57,931 nucleotides of DNA, taken from contig NC_068982.1 of the NCBI RefSeq assembly GCF_001194135.2, positions 44,048,377 to 44,106,307 of the forward strand. The letters run 5' to 3'. The stretch comes from Octopus bimaculoides (taxonomy: Eukaryota). Of the stretch, positions 12,820-23,745 are shown in pieces; position 1 is the first letter of the stretch, and each line of letters starts with the position of its first letter. The translations under genes and the position numbers were made by a program. The notes beneath the pieces were generated by a model. That model saw nothing but the letters and a program-made list of their open reading frames with translations, was not told the origin of the DNA and did no database searches.

Positions 12820-13792
12820 TATTTACGTTCTGTATGTGTGATGTGCTGTAATTTGTGTGTGAATGTTGGTTGCATTTTGGCGTTCTTTGGTTTTACTGGT
12901 AATTAGTTTGCAAGTCAACGTTTAGTGTTGTTTCTTAAGGTGGCATTGAAACTTTTTGTATAAATGCAAAGTGGAGAATAGAATTGAAAGCTTCCTTAAT
13001 GTCGATCGTAGTCCAATGGTACATATGAGTTGTAACGTTGAAGCCATCATATATTTTCTGTGTTCAGTTTGTGGATAGTGTAATAGCGAAATGTAATAGG
13101 CTTAAACTATTTAGATAGATGAGCGTGTAAGAAAGTGATATTGACGTCTCGCCTTTCTAGAATTTTTGAAGGCGTGCATGGAAGGGCGATAGATCAGAAT
13201 GAACGTACGGCTCTTAGATTTTGGGCTGAATTGTTATAGTTTTGTTCAGCTTTGATATTCTAGAAATTTGCCAACACTAACCCGAATAGTTCTGGATGTT
13301 GGTGAGTGTCGTGATTTCATCATGTCTTGGGTATTCCAAGTGTAGTTTGTAACTTCAGGTGTATGTTTGTGATTTTAAATGTTCGTAATTTCGTCTGGCC
13401 CTAAGGCTTTTCAGTTTTTAGATTTCCCTAATGCTTTTTAGGAGCCTCGTGGAAAGAGAAAACCAAAATTGCAGTCCTAGGTACAAGTTGTGTGAAGGGT
13501 TGATTTTCAAGAAATATCTGATAGTATTGTAGTATAGGTATGTTACTTGAAGTTGTTATTGACACAAGGAGTGTGGTGTGACTCGTTATTTTTAATACTA
13601 CTAATTACTCTATACGGTATTTTGTTGTTAGCTTAATGGTTTATGCTTAATATAAATGATTGCCAGGTTTCTGTTTATTTTAATATTTTGTTATTTTTTA
13701 AATAGTTTTTTGATGTTGAGATTTGCTGCGTGTATGTTGAATTGTTGTGTTAGAGGTGGTTTCTGGTTATGTCTAATGTGTAATTGGGCTGA

Positions 13793-14346
13793 GTGGAGGT
13801 GCAATGGCCCAGTGGTTAGGGCAGCGGACTCACGGTCATAGGATCGCCGTTTCGATTCCCAGACCGGGCGTTGTGAGTGTTTATTGAGCGAAAACAACTA
13901 AAGCTCCACGAGGCTCCGGCAGGGGATGGTGGCGAAGCCTGCTGTACTCTTTCTCTCACTCTTACTTCCTATTTCTGTTGTGCCTGTAATTCAAAGGGTC
14001 AGCCTTGTCACACTGTGTCACGCTGAATATCCCCGAGAACTACGTTAAGGGTACACGTGTCTGNNNNNNNNNNCTAAAGCTCCACGAGGCTCCGGCAGGG
14101 GATGGTGGCGAAGCCTGCTGTACTCTTTCTCTCACTCTTACTTCCTATTTCTGTTGTGCCTGTAATTCAAAGGGTCAGCCTTGTCACACTGTGTCACGCT
14201 GAATATCCCCGAGAACTACGTTAAGGGTACACGTGTCTGTGGAATGCGCAGCCACTTGCACGTTAATTTCACGAGCAGGCTGTTCCGTTGATCGGATCGA
14301 CTGGAACCCTCGACGTCGTAAGCGACGGAGTGCCAACAACAACAAC
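13793..14346 (+). mobile_element. tRNA-headed SINE (same family as 41602-41988) with a gap-flanking duplication
   Basis: A-box TGGCCCAGTGG, B-box-like GTTTCGATTCC, (AAC)n tail. TSD GTAATTGGGCTG at 13780-13791 and 14347-14358. 13898-14063 is repeated at 14074-14239 across a 10-N gap. Confidence 0.9.
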
Positions 14347-14879
14347 GTAATTGGGCTGTACTTTTTATGTTGCCTTGTGGAGTATGTCTTTTTTTATTTT
14401 CATTGCGTCTATAAGTATTTGTTGTGTGTACGTATTGCAGTAACAATATTATTGATTGTGTTGTTGGATTCTGAAAACCTTGATCTCTTTCTGGGTAGTA
14501 TTCATTCTATTGCTCTTTTTCTTAAATTTGTAAAACTGCTTTTGTTTCCTTGATTAATGTGCGAGTGTACAGTGATAATTATTAGTAGGTGGTCTGAGGT
14601 TGGAGAATTGTTTTCCAAGAGGTTATAGTATCCAAGCTGTTGCTGTTGGCTTGAAGAAGTATGCATGCGTTGGTTTGAATTGTTTCAGATGTAACGGGAA
14701 CTGAGATGATATTGCTCTACGTCTTTCTTATGTATACTCTTTGAAAACCAGGAGATGTGCGCGTTAAAGTTTCTTTTCTTTTCAATTGTAGCATTTGTGA
14801 ACGTGTTAAAGTTTTGTAGTTTTGTAGTTTGGTGAAGGATTTATATATTTATCATTATATGATTGGTTAAATGAGCCGT

Positions 14880-15092
14880 CATCATCATCGTCGTTTAACG
14901 TCCGCTTTCCATGCTAGCATGGGTTGGACGATTTGACTGAGGACTGGTGGACCAGGAGACGACACCAGGCGCCAGTCTGATTTGGCAGAATGTCTACAGC
15001 TGGATGCCCTTCCTAACGTCAACCACTCCGAGAGTGTAGTGGGTGTTTTATGTGCCACCGGCACGAGGGCCAGTCAGGCGGTACTGGCGACG
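14880..15092 (-). mobile_element. Non-autonomous retroposon 3' end with RTE-type tail and (GAT)n terminus
   Basis: Reverse complement of GTTAGGAAGGGCATCCAGCTGTAGA...AACCCATGCTAGCATGGAAAGCGGACGTTAAACGA-(TGA)n, a block recurring many times in the window. Confidence 0.8.
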
Positions 15093-15172
15093 TCAAGGTG
15101 AAACAAAATCCCATTCAATACGAAATCTATAATTCATGTGATTCTACTTTCAATATTAAGCCACGTCCATAT

Positions 15173-15367
15173 GGCGGCGAGTTGGTAGAATCGTAAGCAC
15201 AACGGACAAAATGCCTAGTGGTGTTTCCTTCGTCTTTACGTTCCGAGTTCAAATTCCGCCGACGTCATTTTGCCTTTCATCCTTTCGGGGTCAATAAAAT
15301 AAGTACCAGTTCCCCAAAATAAGTACCACTTCCCCAAAATTGCTGGTCTTATGTCAAAATTTGAAAC
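15173..15367 (+). mobile_element. SINE with conserved TTTCATCCTTTCGGGGTC..TAAAATAAGTACCAG central domain
   Basis: tRNA-like head (GGCGAGTTGGTAGAATCG...GAGTTCAAATTCC) plus a central domain resembling Meta/Nin-type SINE superfamily cores (exact assignment not verified). Confidence 0.75.
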
Positions 15368-15430
15368 TGATATTAAGTCATCCCATCAGTAAATATTCTG
15401 CAATCTTTTATAAAATTACTTTAAAATAAT

Positions 15431-15634
15431 GCTTTCTATTATAGGCACAAAGGCCCGAAATTTGGAGTGTAGGGATGGTCGATTATATCGGCCCCGTGCG
15501 TAACTGGTACTTCTTTAATCGACCTCAACAGAATGAAAGGTTAAGTCGATTTCGGCGGAATATTGAACTCAGAACGTAGCGAAATACCGCTAAGAATTTC
15601 GTCCAGCGTGCTAACAATTCTGCCAGCTCGCTAC
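15431..15634 (-). mobile_element. Same SINE family, inverted relative to 15173-15367
   Basis: Reverse-complement homology to the neighbouring copy. 12-bp TSD CTTTAAAATAAT at 15419-15430 and 15635-15646. Confidence 0.8.
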
Positions 15635-16214
15635 CTTTAAAATAATAACCCCGAGTTACTATTTCTATGTACATTTTGTTAATGAGTCTCGTAGTACTAA
15701 TTTTGATTGGTTTATGTATTTGTGAAAACCTGACTCTCTTGTGTAGTGTCAAACCCAATTAGTCATTTGTTATACTCATACACCGAACGCAAATCTTTAT
15801 GCATATTATAAGGCTGCCTCTGCTGTAAAGTGGTCGCGGTCTAAACGGATTTTGGTATAATACGAAATGGTGATTGTTCTGTTCCTTCATTAATAACAAT
15901 GTTTCTTGAATTATTGCTCCTGGAATGTCGTGGGCAACGATGACAATTTTTATTAGTTCAATAAAGATGTTTCTAATGCTAGCGTTGAATTGTAATATTT
16001 TTAGATATGTGTATGTGTGTATTATATTTACAAAGATTATCTTTGTGCATAGCCTGTTTATTTTTAAGTATATGCATAGTGGTGATGGTGGTGGTGGTGG
16101 CGATAGAGTGAACTGATGGAGTGGCGGCGACTGTGGTTGTTGTTGTTGGTGGTGGTGGTAGTTGCTGGTGATTGTGATATAGTGGTAGTAGTAATTTACA
16201 AAAAAAAAAAAAAA

Positions 16215-16345
16215 AAAAGACGAAGACAGGTGTATAAACAACAAACAGGTGTATTAGTTTAACGCTCGGGAAAGTATTTTAAGTTTCGAGCCTACGCTCT
16301 TCAACAGAAAGGAACACGAGAAAATGAACAGAGAGAATAAAAAAG
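16215..16345 (-). mobile_element. Penelope-like terminal-repeat remnant with degenerate hammerhead-like core
   Basis: Minus strand CTGTTGA-A-GAGC-GTAG-GCTC-GAAAC (16283-16307). A more decayed related copy lies at ~28322-28400 (+). Confidence 0.45.
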
Positions 16346-16649
16346 CTTTAGTGGTTAGCGGTCGATCATGGCGATAGTAGTAGTAGAAGTAGTAGTAGTA
16401 GTTGTAGTCGTAGTAGTAGAGTGGTGGTGGTGGTGGTGGTGATGCTACTGCTGCTGCTTGTGATGCTGGCGGAGGTGCGGTGGTAATAATACTGTTCATC
16501 GTCGTCGTAGTAGTAGTAGTAGTAGCAGCAGCAGCTATGTCACGGGGACTAAAGAAACCCACACCGGTTATGAAGCAGTTCTAAAGGTAAAAACATGGAG
16601 ACAAAGGCATACGTACATACATGCGTGCATGTATTCTTTTAATCTATTA

Positions 16650-17028
16650 TTTTACTTGTTTCAGTCATTTGGCTGTGGTGGCCATGCTGGAGCACCGCCT
16701 TAAAGGGTTTTAGTCGAAGAAATCGACCCCAAGACTTATTCGTTGTAAGCCTAGTACTTATTCTATCGGTCTCTTATACCGAACCGCTAGATTACGGGGA
16801 CATAAACTCACCAGCATCGGTTGTCAAGCGAAGATGGTGGCGACAAACACAGACACACATACATAAACACACCTAGTTTCTGTCTACCAAATTCACTTAC
16901 AAGGTAATTTGGCGGGGTCCCGAGGTTATGGTAGAAGACACTTGTTCAAAGGTGACGCACAGTGGGACAGATCCGGAACGACGCAATTGCAAAGGGAGTT
17001 TCTTAGCCAGATAGGCATGGCTGCACCT
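16650..17028 (-). mobile_element. Abundant tRNA-headed SINE family A copy
   Basis: Reverse complement of the ...GGTAAGAAG.TTGC...GGGCAAGTGTCTTCTAC...GCTTGACAACCGATGCTGGTG...GGCGGTGCTCCAGCATGGCC family seen repeatedly in the window. Confidence 0.82.
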
Positions 17029-17689
17029 CAGTAAATACATTGGCACAACTATGTCCATTTGTTTACTTGTCTTTATCCTTAACCTTTTTTTTGTCTTTTT
17101 TTAAAAATTGTAATGAGAAATACCCAGACATGTTTATAGCCATTTAAGTGTTCTGTACTAATTGTACACCCACAAATGCCTCGTGCTTGGCTAGTCTAAA
17201 ACCTCAAGTCCACCCCCATCCTAAAGAATTTCTCCGTAAGGAATGTCTTCACGTCATAGTCATTTTAAATTACATCGAGTAAATGTTAACACATAAATAT
17301 GGCATTTATTAAATAGTCTGGCTAAGGCTGGGAAATGTATAACTGTTTGTGCAAAACCCGCGGTTAAATCAACTAAACCATAAAAGATATCCCCAAAATG
17401 TGCTCGCGCAAAGTCTAATAAACATGATATCTTGAAATTATTAATATTTCGCTACATTTCCCCACTTAAAGTTTTCATTTGAAAACTATTTAAATCCTAG
17501 TTATGCTATATATTTAGGACAGCTTAACTCATATACATGTTCTATATGAATATCTGCTCCATTGATTTTGTGATGTTATTTACAATAAACAGTGACTACC
17601 ACGGATTAAAAAATTAATAAATATATAAAATAAAAAGAAAGCATAAGCTGCCAGTAAGTACTCGACCCGGTCTAGATTTCTAGCTTATA

Positions 17690-18230
17690 CTCTTAACTCT
17701 GCTTGCGAAGACATGTTGGGGCAAGTGAAATCAAAATCAAAATTGAACCATATCCGATGACTGGCACCTGCGCCAGTGGAGCACTAACAGCACTGTCTGA
17801 GCGTGTTCATTGCCAGAGCAGCTATCTGTCTACTGTGCTAGTGGCCCATAAATAGCACCATTTGTGCGTAATCGTTATGAGCGTCGCCTTCAAGCACTTG
17901 TGCTGGTGGCACATTAGAAAATCATTCGAGCGAGGTCATTGCCAGTGCTGCTGGACTGGCTCCTGTGCAGGTGGCACGTAAAAAACACCTTTTGAGCAAG
18001 ACCGTTGCCAGTACCGTGTGACTGGCTCTCGTGCCAGTGGCAGGTAAAAGCACCCACTACACTCATGGAGTGGTTGGCGTTAGGAAGGGCATCCAGCTGT
18101 AGAAACTCTGCCAGATTAGATTGGAACCTGGTGCAGCCTTCTGGCTTGCCAGTCCTCAGTCAAATTGTCCAACCCATGCTAGCATGGAAAGCGGATGTTA
18201 AACGATGATGATGATGACGATGATGATGAC
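17690..18230 (+). mobile_element. Retroposon with internal ~65-bp repeats, RTE-type tail and (GAT)n end
   Basis: Repeated GTGC(C/T)(A/G)GTGGCAC..AAAA.CACC units, then GGCGTTAGGAAGGGCATCCAGCTGTAGAAAC...ATGCTAGCATGGAAAGCGGATGTTAAACGATGATGATG. Confidence 0.82.
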
Positions 18231-18977
18231 TCTTATATAAGGCATCAATTCCACAACATTCTGACTTTTTATACACAACGATCTTAGAGCCATCTATATA
18301 CACTGGTTGATATTTCTAACATATCAGCTATTTTAACATGACTACTCGCTCTCGAGTGACGGCTGGTTGCACTCGATTCCTTGTTGCAAACCAAGAACAC
18401 ATTTGTTAAGGAAATATTATGTATTTCCATTACCTCCAGCAATGAGGTGTGTCTCCCATGGTACTTATTTACATACATCTAGGTGGTCTTTGCCAGGGAC
18501 GAGCGCATCGCTAGTAATCTAGACACGAACCATTAATTCTTTGGCCGACAGGCCTATATTCTAATGACTTGGCCAGCTTCGATTCATACTGTTCATGTAT
18601 TAACATACGATTTGAAATAGTAGAACTGAAAGAACTGTTTTAGTAGTAGTAGTAGTAGTAGTAGTAGCAATAGCAGCAGTAGCAGTAGTAGTACCATTAT
18701 AAAAAGTTTAAATAAAAACGCACAAGACGCAGATCAAGGATATAGCCATTAAATTCCAATTAGAAGTCAGAATATCCTCCAAGATCTAGTCATGCTCACA
18801 TTCTTTGCACAGCAACTGGTCTTATGCTGAGAGCTCTGCACTCGTGGTGGGTAATCTTTGCCTGTGGCTATAACACTGGTATATGAATAATATATGTATA
18901 GATATGTGTGACTGTACGAATGTGTGTGTATGTATGTGTGTCAGAGAGAAAAAGACAGACAGAGAGAGAGAGAAAAA

Positions 18978-19008
<31 letters not shown>

Positions 19009-19582
19009 ATAGAGTCTTCTCACGTGTTATGGAAGTGTTCCTGGCGCTCTTGTAGATATTGCCGTAAAAAGGGATTTTGTAAGGCGAAACCTATTTGAGC
19101 TGTTGACTTTCGTGTCACTTGGATGACAATGTACATGAAAACTAATGAGAAAATACGTTTCTCAAAAACACACACACGTTACGACTAGATTTCCATGACC
19201 GCAATGCAGCGTGGGTGCTTTGAACACACACACACACACACACACACTCACTCACAGCACAGAAGTATGCGTTTATACACACATACATTCACACATAGAA
19301 ACATACATACGTACATACATTTATATTATATACATGTATATATTTCAGGCATAGATATGCGAGTATTTGCATTATATTGATATGCTAATAATAATATTTA
19401 AATAAATATGTATGTATATTACATTTATATGTGTGTGTCTACATAAATATGTATGCGTGCGTGTGTGTATATATAATAAATCTCAGGGTAGCAAAAAAAT
19501 TTAGACATTCTTTTTGCTACCAGTGGTCAAGCGAGAAGAAAAAACTAGTCAATAGACTATATATTATTCATATAAATACATA

Positions 19583-19792
19583 CAGTGTACATTTAAACAC
19601 ATAAGAGAGATGTCCATAATTGGACATCTAACCCACTAGAAGGAGCAGTCAAACTCCAAACCATAATTAGGGATAATATTTTTCATTCTCTTTCGAAATT
19701 ATCCCCAATTGTGGTTTGGAGTTTGACTGCTCCTTCTAGCGGGTTAGATGTCCGATTATGGACATCTCTCTTATGTGTTTAAATGTACACTG
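19583..19792. repeat. Foldback (inverted repeat), ~95-bp arms, 20-nt spacer
   Basis: 19583-19677 is the near-perfect reverse complement of 19698-19792. Each arm has an internal AGATGTCC-6nt-GGACATCT hairpin. Confidence 0.9.
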
Positions 19793-19978
19793 CATGTCTC
19801 TCTTTCCTTTCCCGAGCGTCCAGTAACACTATCTGTATCACGTCCTCACGTTGTTGTTTTTTGTCTTTTTCCTTTTTTTTAAACTATATATATACATATA
19901 TACATATATATATATATATTGATAGAAAGGACAACAAAAGAAAGAAAGAGACCTCGATATTATGTAAATAGAGGAATT

Positions 19979-20135
19979 TATCTGTAAAAATACGTGACAC
20001 TTATTCGGTAGCCATGATAAAACTCCGAGTTTCGGATGCTGGGGCAGAAACCCACGCCGCCATCTCTTCAGTTATCTGGCCATTGAAAATTCCTATCTTT
20101 ATCATGGCTACTGAATAAGTGTCACATATTTTTAC

Positions 20136-20140
<5 letters not shown>
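19979..20140. repeat. Foldback element with 43-bp arms enclosing a hammerhead motif
   Basis: TATCTGTAAAAATACGTGACACTTATTCGGTAGCCATGATAAA (19979-20021) versus TTTATCATGGCTACTGAATAAGTGTCACATATTTTTACAGATA (20098-20140), followed by (TA)n. Confidence 0.9.
20016..20076 (-). ncRNA. Minimal type-I hammerhead ribozyme motif (PLE-type)
   Basis: Minus strand: GAUAA-CUGAAGA-GAUG...CAUC(C)-GAA-ACUC-G-GAGU-U-UUAUC. Helix I is 5 bp, the core is intact, helix III is near-palindromic, the cleavage triplet is GUU and helix II has a 1-nt bulge. Confidence 0.65.
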
Positions 20141-20171
<31 letters not shown>

Positions 20172-20204
20172 TGGAGAAGCAGTGATAAGTGAAAGTTCTA
20201 TAAA

Positions 20205-20435
20205 TAATAATCCTTTTTACTAAAGGTACAAGGCCTGAAATTTGGGGAGAGGGAGGGGGTAGAGAGGACGAGTTGATTACATCGACCCCAGTGTTTCATT
20301 GGTACTTCATTTTTCAACTCCGAAAGGATGAAAGGCAAAGTCGATCTCGGCGGAATTTGAACTCAGAATGTAAGAACGGACGAAATGCCGCTAAGCATTT
20401 TCCCCGGTGTGCTAACAATTCGGCCAGCTCGGTGC
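20205..20435 (-). mobile_element. SINE with TTTCATCCTTTCGG central domain
   Basis: Reverse-complement homology to 15173-15367 (CGAAAGGATGAAAGGCAAAGTCGA...GGCGGAATTTGAACTCAGAA). Confidence 0.8.
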
Positions 20436-20989
20436 TTTAATTCTGTAAATAACGATGATAATTATAAGCTTAATGCTTATAAGCGATCATAGTGTATTAG
20501 CTAAAGAAAATAGTCTAATATTGGGGGAATATAAACCCTCGACAGAAAATAAGTGGGTATTAGTAGGCATACACACACACACATATATACATATATATGT
20601 GTATGTGTATATAAACATACATATGCATGTAAACATTATGTGAGTCTATGCATGTGTATGCTTTTATACATGCACATAAAGAAGGAGAGCAAAAACAAAC
20701 AAATAAAATAATAAAAAGCCCATCTACCGGAGGGTGTAAACTCCTGGGCGCATCAAGAACGTTCAGGAATTACTGTTTGTGGGATCTTTGTACGAAGGAG
20801 ATTTGACTGGCAAAAACATTACAGAAGCAATCACAAAGTGGTAATGTAAAATAAGTTAGGAAATCTTTCTAGCATGAAGAGAATATTTTGTTATTCATTT
20901 ACTTATTTTCCAACACATTCTCTCTTGCCCTCTTCAGTTTAAATGTTTAGATACAACAAAACCACTGGATACAGCGAAATAATTATGTG

Positions 20990-21049
<60 letters not shown>

Positions 21050-22639
21050 GGTATGTATGTATGTATGTATGTATGTATGTAGGCATGTATGCAGGCAAGG
21101 CATGTGTTTATGTATATATGTGTGTGCATACATTCATACAGACATCAACATGCATATATATATATATATATAGACGAACATATATATATGTACCCAAACA
21201 TACATACATACATTTATGCTTATATATACACTCGCAATACACACATACACGTACATATACCGATTTTCTTCTTCAAAGCATGCAGTGTTTATATATAATA
21301 GCGGAGCCTGCTTAGAATATCAGTTTTCTGTAATGAAAATTTTCCGATTCAGTAGAGCAAGAAAAAAAAGTGTAAGAAAAGTAAACGAAGAGAATATTAT
21401 TTACTTTACTTTTTACAAAAAAAAAACAAAATAAATGACAATTTGAACTGAGCAGCATCTTTTTAAAATGACAACCTCACGAAAATCCCGAATGAAAATG
21501 TCCAAGAAGTATTTTCTGATGTATATTATTATTATTATTATCATTATTGTTATTATTATATCGTGATTCTGAATGGGCCAACTTTGAGTACGTTTCCTAA
21601 GTAGGAGGGAAAAAATGGTAGGAAGAGGGCACTCTCAATGCCTTAGAGAAGGCAGAGTTATCTAGGTCTTAGGTCTTTTCTGTGTGGTGTTTTCCCTGAA
21701 TTATTCTAAATGGACGGCTCATTGTTGGGGATTCTATTTATTTATTTTTCTGGATTCGATTTTTCATTATATAAACAGCAATATATAATCGATATGACAG
21801 TACCATTGCTCTCTTCCATATTTTCCAATTTATTACTTATAACTTCCTCAGAACCATTTGAATGAAGTGTTTCACCTGGCAGAAACAGCTGGAAGCTAAT
21901 GAAAGTGATTATATAACTCCTGTTCTTTTGTCATTTATCTACTTACTGATGTGTATGTGAGTGCATATATGCTTATGTGCGTGTATATGTATGTGTATGT
22001 GTGTTATTTGTAACAAACAACAGAAAAAGCACCCATTATAGAGTGTAGAGGAGTGGCATACTGGAGATCAAATAATAAATAATGTTACACTTAGAATGGA
22101 AAGTTTAAAAAACTGGTTTAAAGCCAAACATTTAGAAAAGTAATGAGAAAACTATTGTTTACTTAGTTTTATTAATCTTAGCTGTATATAACAAAATTAT
22201 CAATAATACTTCTTTCCAGTCATGTATTATTACAGATTTATTAATCATATTAGCGATATTAATAAAACCCCCACGGGGTACCTAGATATCCATTTGATGC
22301 GCCAGGGCATCGCATCATATGGCATGAGAACAAGAGGTGTAGAGTGTATTTGTATTTATTCACCTGTACCTGAACACTGTTAAGATCTGCATTTAGATGC
22401 TCCTCCAAATAGTAACTTTTAATATTATTATATAATGAAATGACCGTTTATCCAATATGGCATCAGGGTTCCGCAATTTCATTGGAATGAATAATTTAAA
22501 AGGGATAATAACTCTCGACCAAAAAAAAAAAATTAAAAAAAAAAAAAATACAGGAAGCCAATTCTTGTAGCAGAATTGTAGCAAAATTAACAAATAATAA
22601 TAATAATAATAATAATTATTATTATTATTATCATTATTT

Positions 22640-23735
22640 CTTTTTATCTCAGCTTTCGTTGGAACTCATGGAGTCCTGCATGAGTAGCAGTCTTGTTGGA
22701 ACTCATGGAGTCCTGCATGCGTAGCAGTCTTGTTGGAACTCATGGAGGTCCTGCATGCGTAGCAGTCTACAGTACCATACTATCTGTTCATTTCAAATAT
22801 TTAATACTTTCCTGATTATTCTGACCATGCCTCTTATTATCACAACCATATGTATGCAACATGGTGATCTCATATCAAAATAAATAGCGCATGACCTTGC
22901 AAGTTAGAATTTTCTTCAGATCAAGTAGCCCATCCCACTCAAAAGGCTCCTGAATAAGGGTTGCTTAATGATGTTGAATGAATGTACTTTGGCAATTTCT
23001 ACACCTTTTGGGGGGCAATATTTTGGTCAGAAGGGACTGTCTACCAGTAAGCGGGTGTTTCTTTTTATGCTTAATTACCACGTCAGAGCGATTAGCTTTG
23101 ATTTCTTGGTCAGTTTGAACTGGTATATTCCAGACGATTGTGGCCTGGTAATAGTCATGTACCTTGTTTGGCTAATATCTATATTTCTTGTTAATTTTTA
23201 TGTTGCAGTGTTGGCATATTGCCCAGTGAATATATCTACTTACTCGGTCATGTCTGTATATATATTCAGATGTGACAAGGACTGAACAGCCAAAGATGAT
23301 GTGGTCGACTGTCTCATTGTGCTGGTTGCACATTCTGCATCTGGTGTTAGCGCCTGTTTTTTTTTTTATTACTTTACTTTACTTTTATAGTTGTTTGCAA
23401 TCAGACACTAGATTTGTTTTTAGTCTGGGGCTTTTGAGCTATTGTTGGCTTTTTACTAAGGTTCACTTCTTTTCTGTTAAGCCTTACAGGGTATTAGCCA
23501 TGAAAGGATTTATCCTCTCCATTTCTACTTTAGTATGTTTTATAGTTCTGTTTACATGATGTTTTTCATCTTTTTTGGTCGTTTCTGCTGTTATCATCTG
23601 AGATCAGTGTATCAGTGTAGTTTGTTTCTGTTTCATATTTTGTTGCCTCCTTGTATTCAGAGAAAAGCGTTATGAGCAGCATATGGGAACCAGTATTAAG
23701 GAGGGATAGAAAAATATTAGATTTATTCATGCCAT
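22640..23735 (-). mobile_element. R4/Dong-like non-LTR retrotransposon 3' fragment (CCHC zinc knuckle + restriction-like endonuclease)
   Basis: Minus strand: LHG*YPVRLNRKEVNLSKSQQ*LKS, CRMCNQHNETVDHIIFGC (Cx2Cx8Hx4C, ~23286-23339), YRHDRVSRYIHW, TIVWNIPVQTDQEIKANRSDVVI, PSDQNI..K. Ends next to a (TAA)/(TTA) tract and is interrupted by another repeat at ~22835-22985. Confidence 0.85.
22659..22768. repeat. 37-bp tandem triplication
   Basis: TTGGAACTCATGGAGTCCTGCATG(A/C)GTAGCAGTCTTG starting at 22659, 22696 and 22733. Confidence 0.92.
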
Positions 23736-23745
23736 AATTGTCCAC

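Larger units (their letters stand above)
12420..14870 (-). mobile_element. Decayed non-LTR retrotransposon ORF2 (APE endonuclease + RT), interrupted by two SINEs
   Basis: Minus-strand motifs in the expected order: NFNAHISWF (~14748-14772), SDHLLII (~14587-14597), KALGPDEITNI (~13385-13410), SIALPCTPSKILER (~13150-13190), TIDIKEAFNS (~12980-13010), LRNNTKR*LAN (~12905-12940). Confidence 0.75.

Noticed and set aside
13898-14239. Internal 166-bp duplication in the SINE
   Set aside because: Flanks a 10-N gap and is absent from the near-identical copy at 41602-41988; likely an assembly artefact.
15759-16562. ORFs rich in poly-P/H/Q/T/Y
   Set aside because: Translations of GGT/TAG/GCA trinucleotide microsatellites.
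20745-20855. Possible coding exon (RIKNVQELLFVGSLYEGDLTGKNITEAITK followed by GT)
   Set aside because: No convincing acceptor or polypyrimidine tract, an upstream in-frame stop, and no recognisable protein motif.
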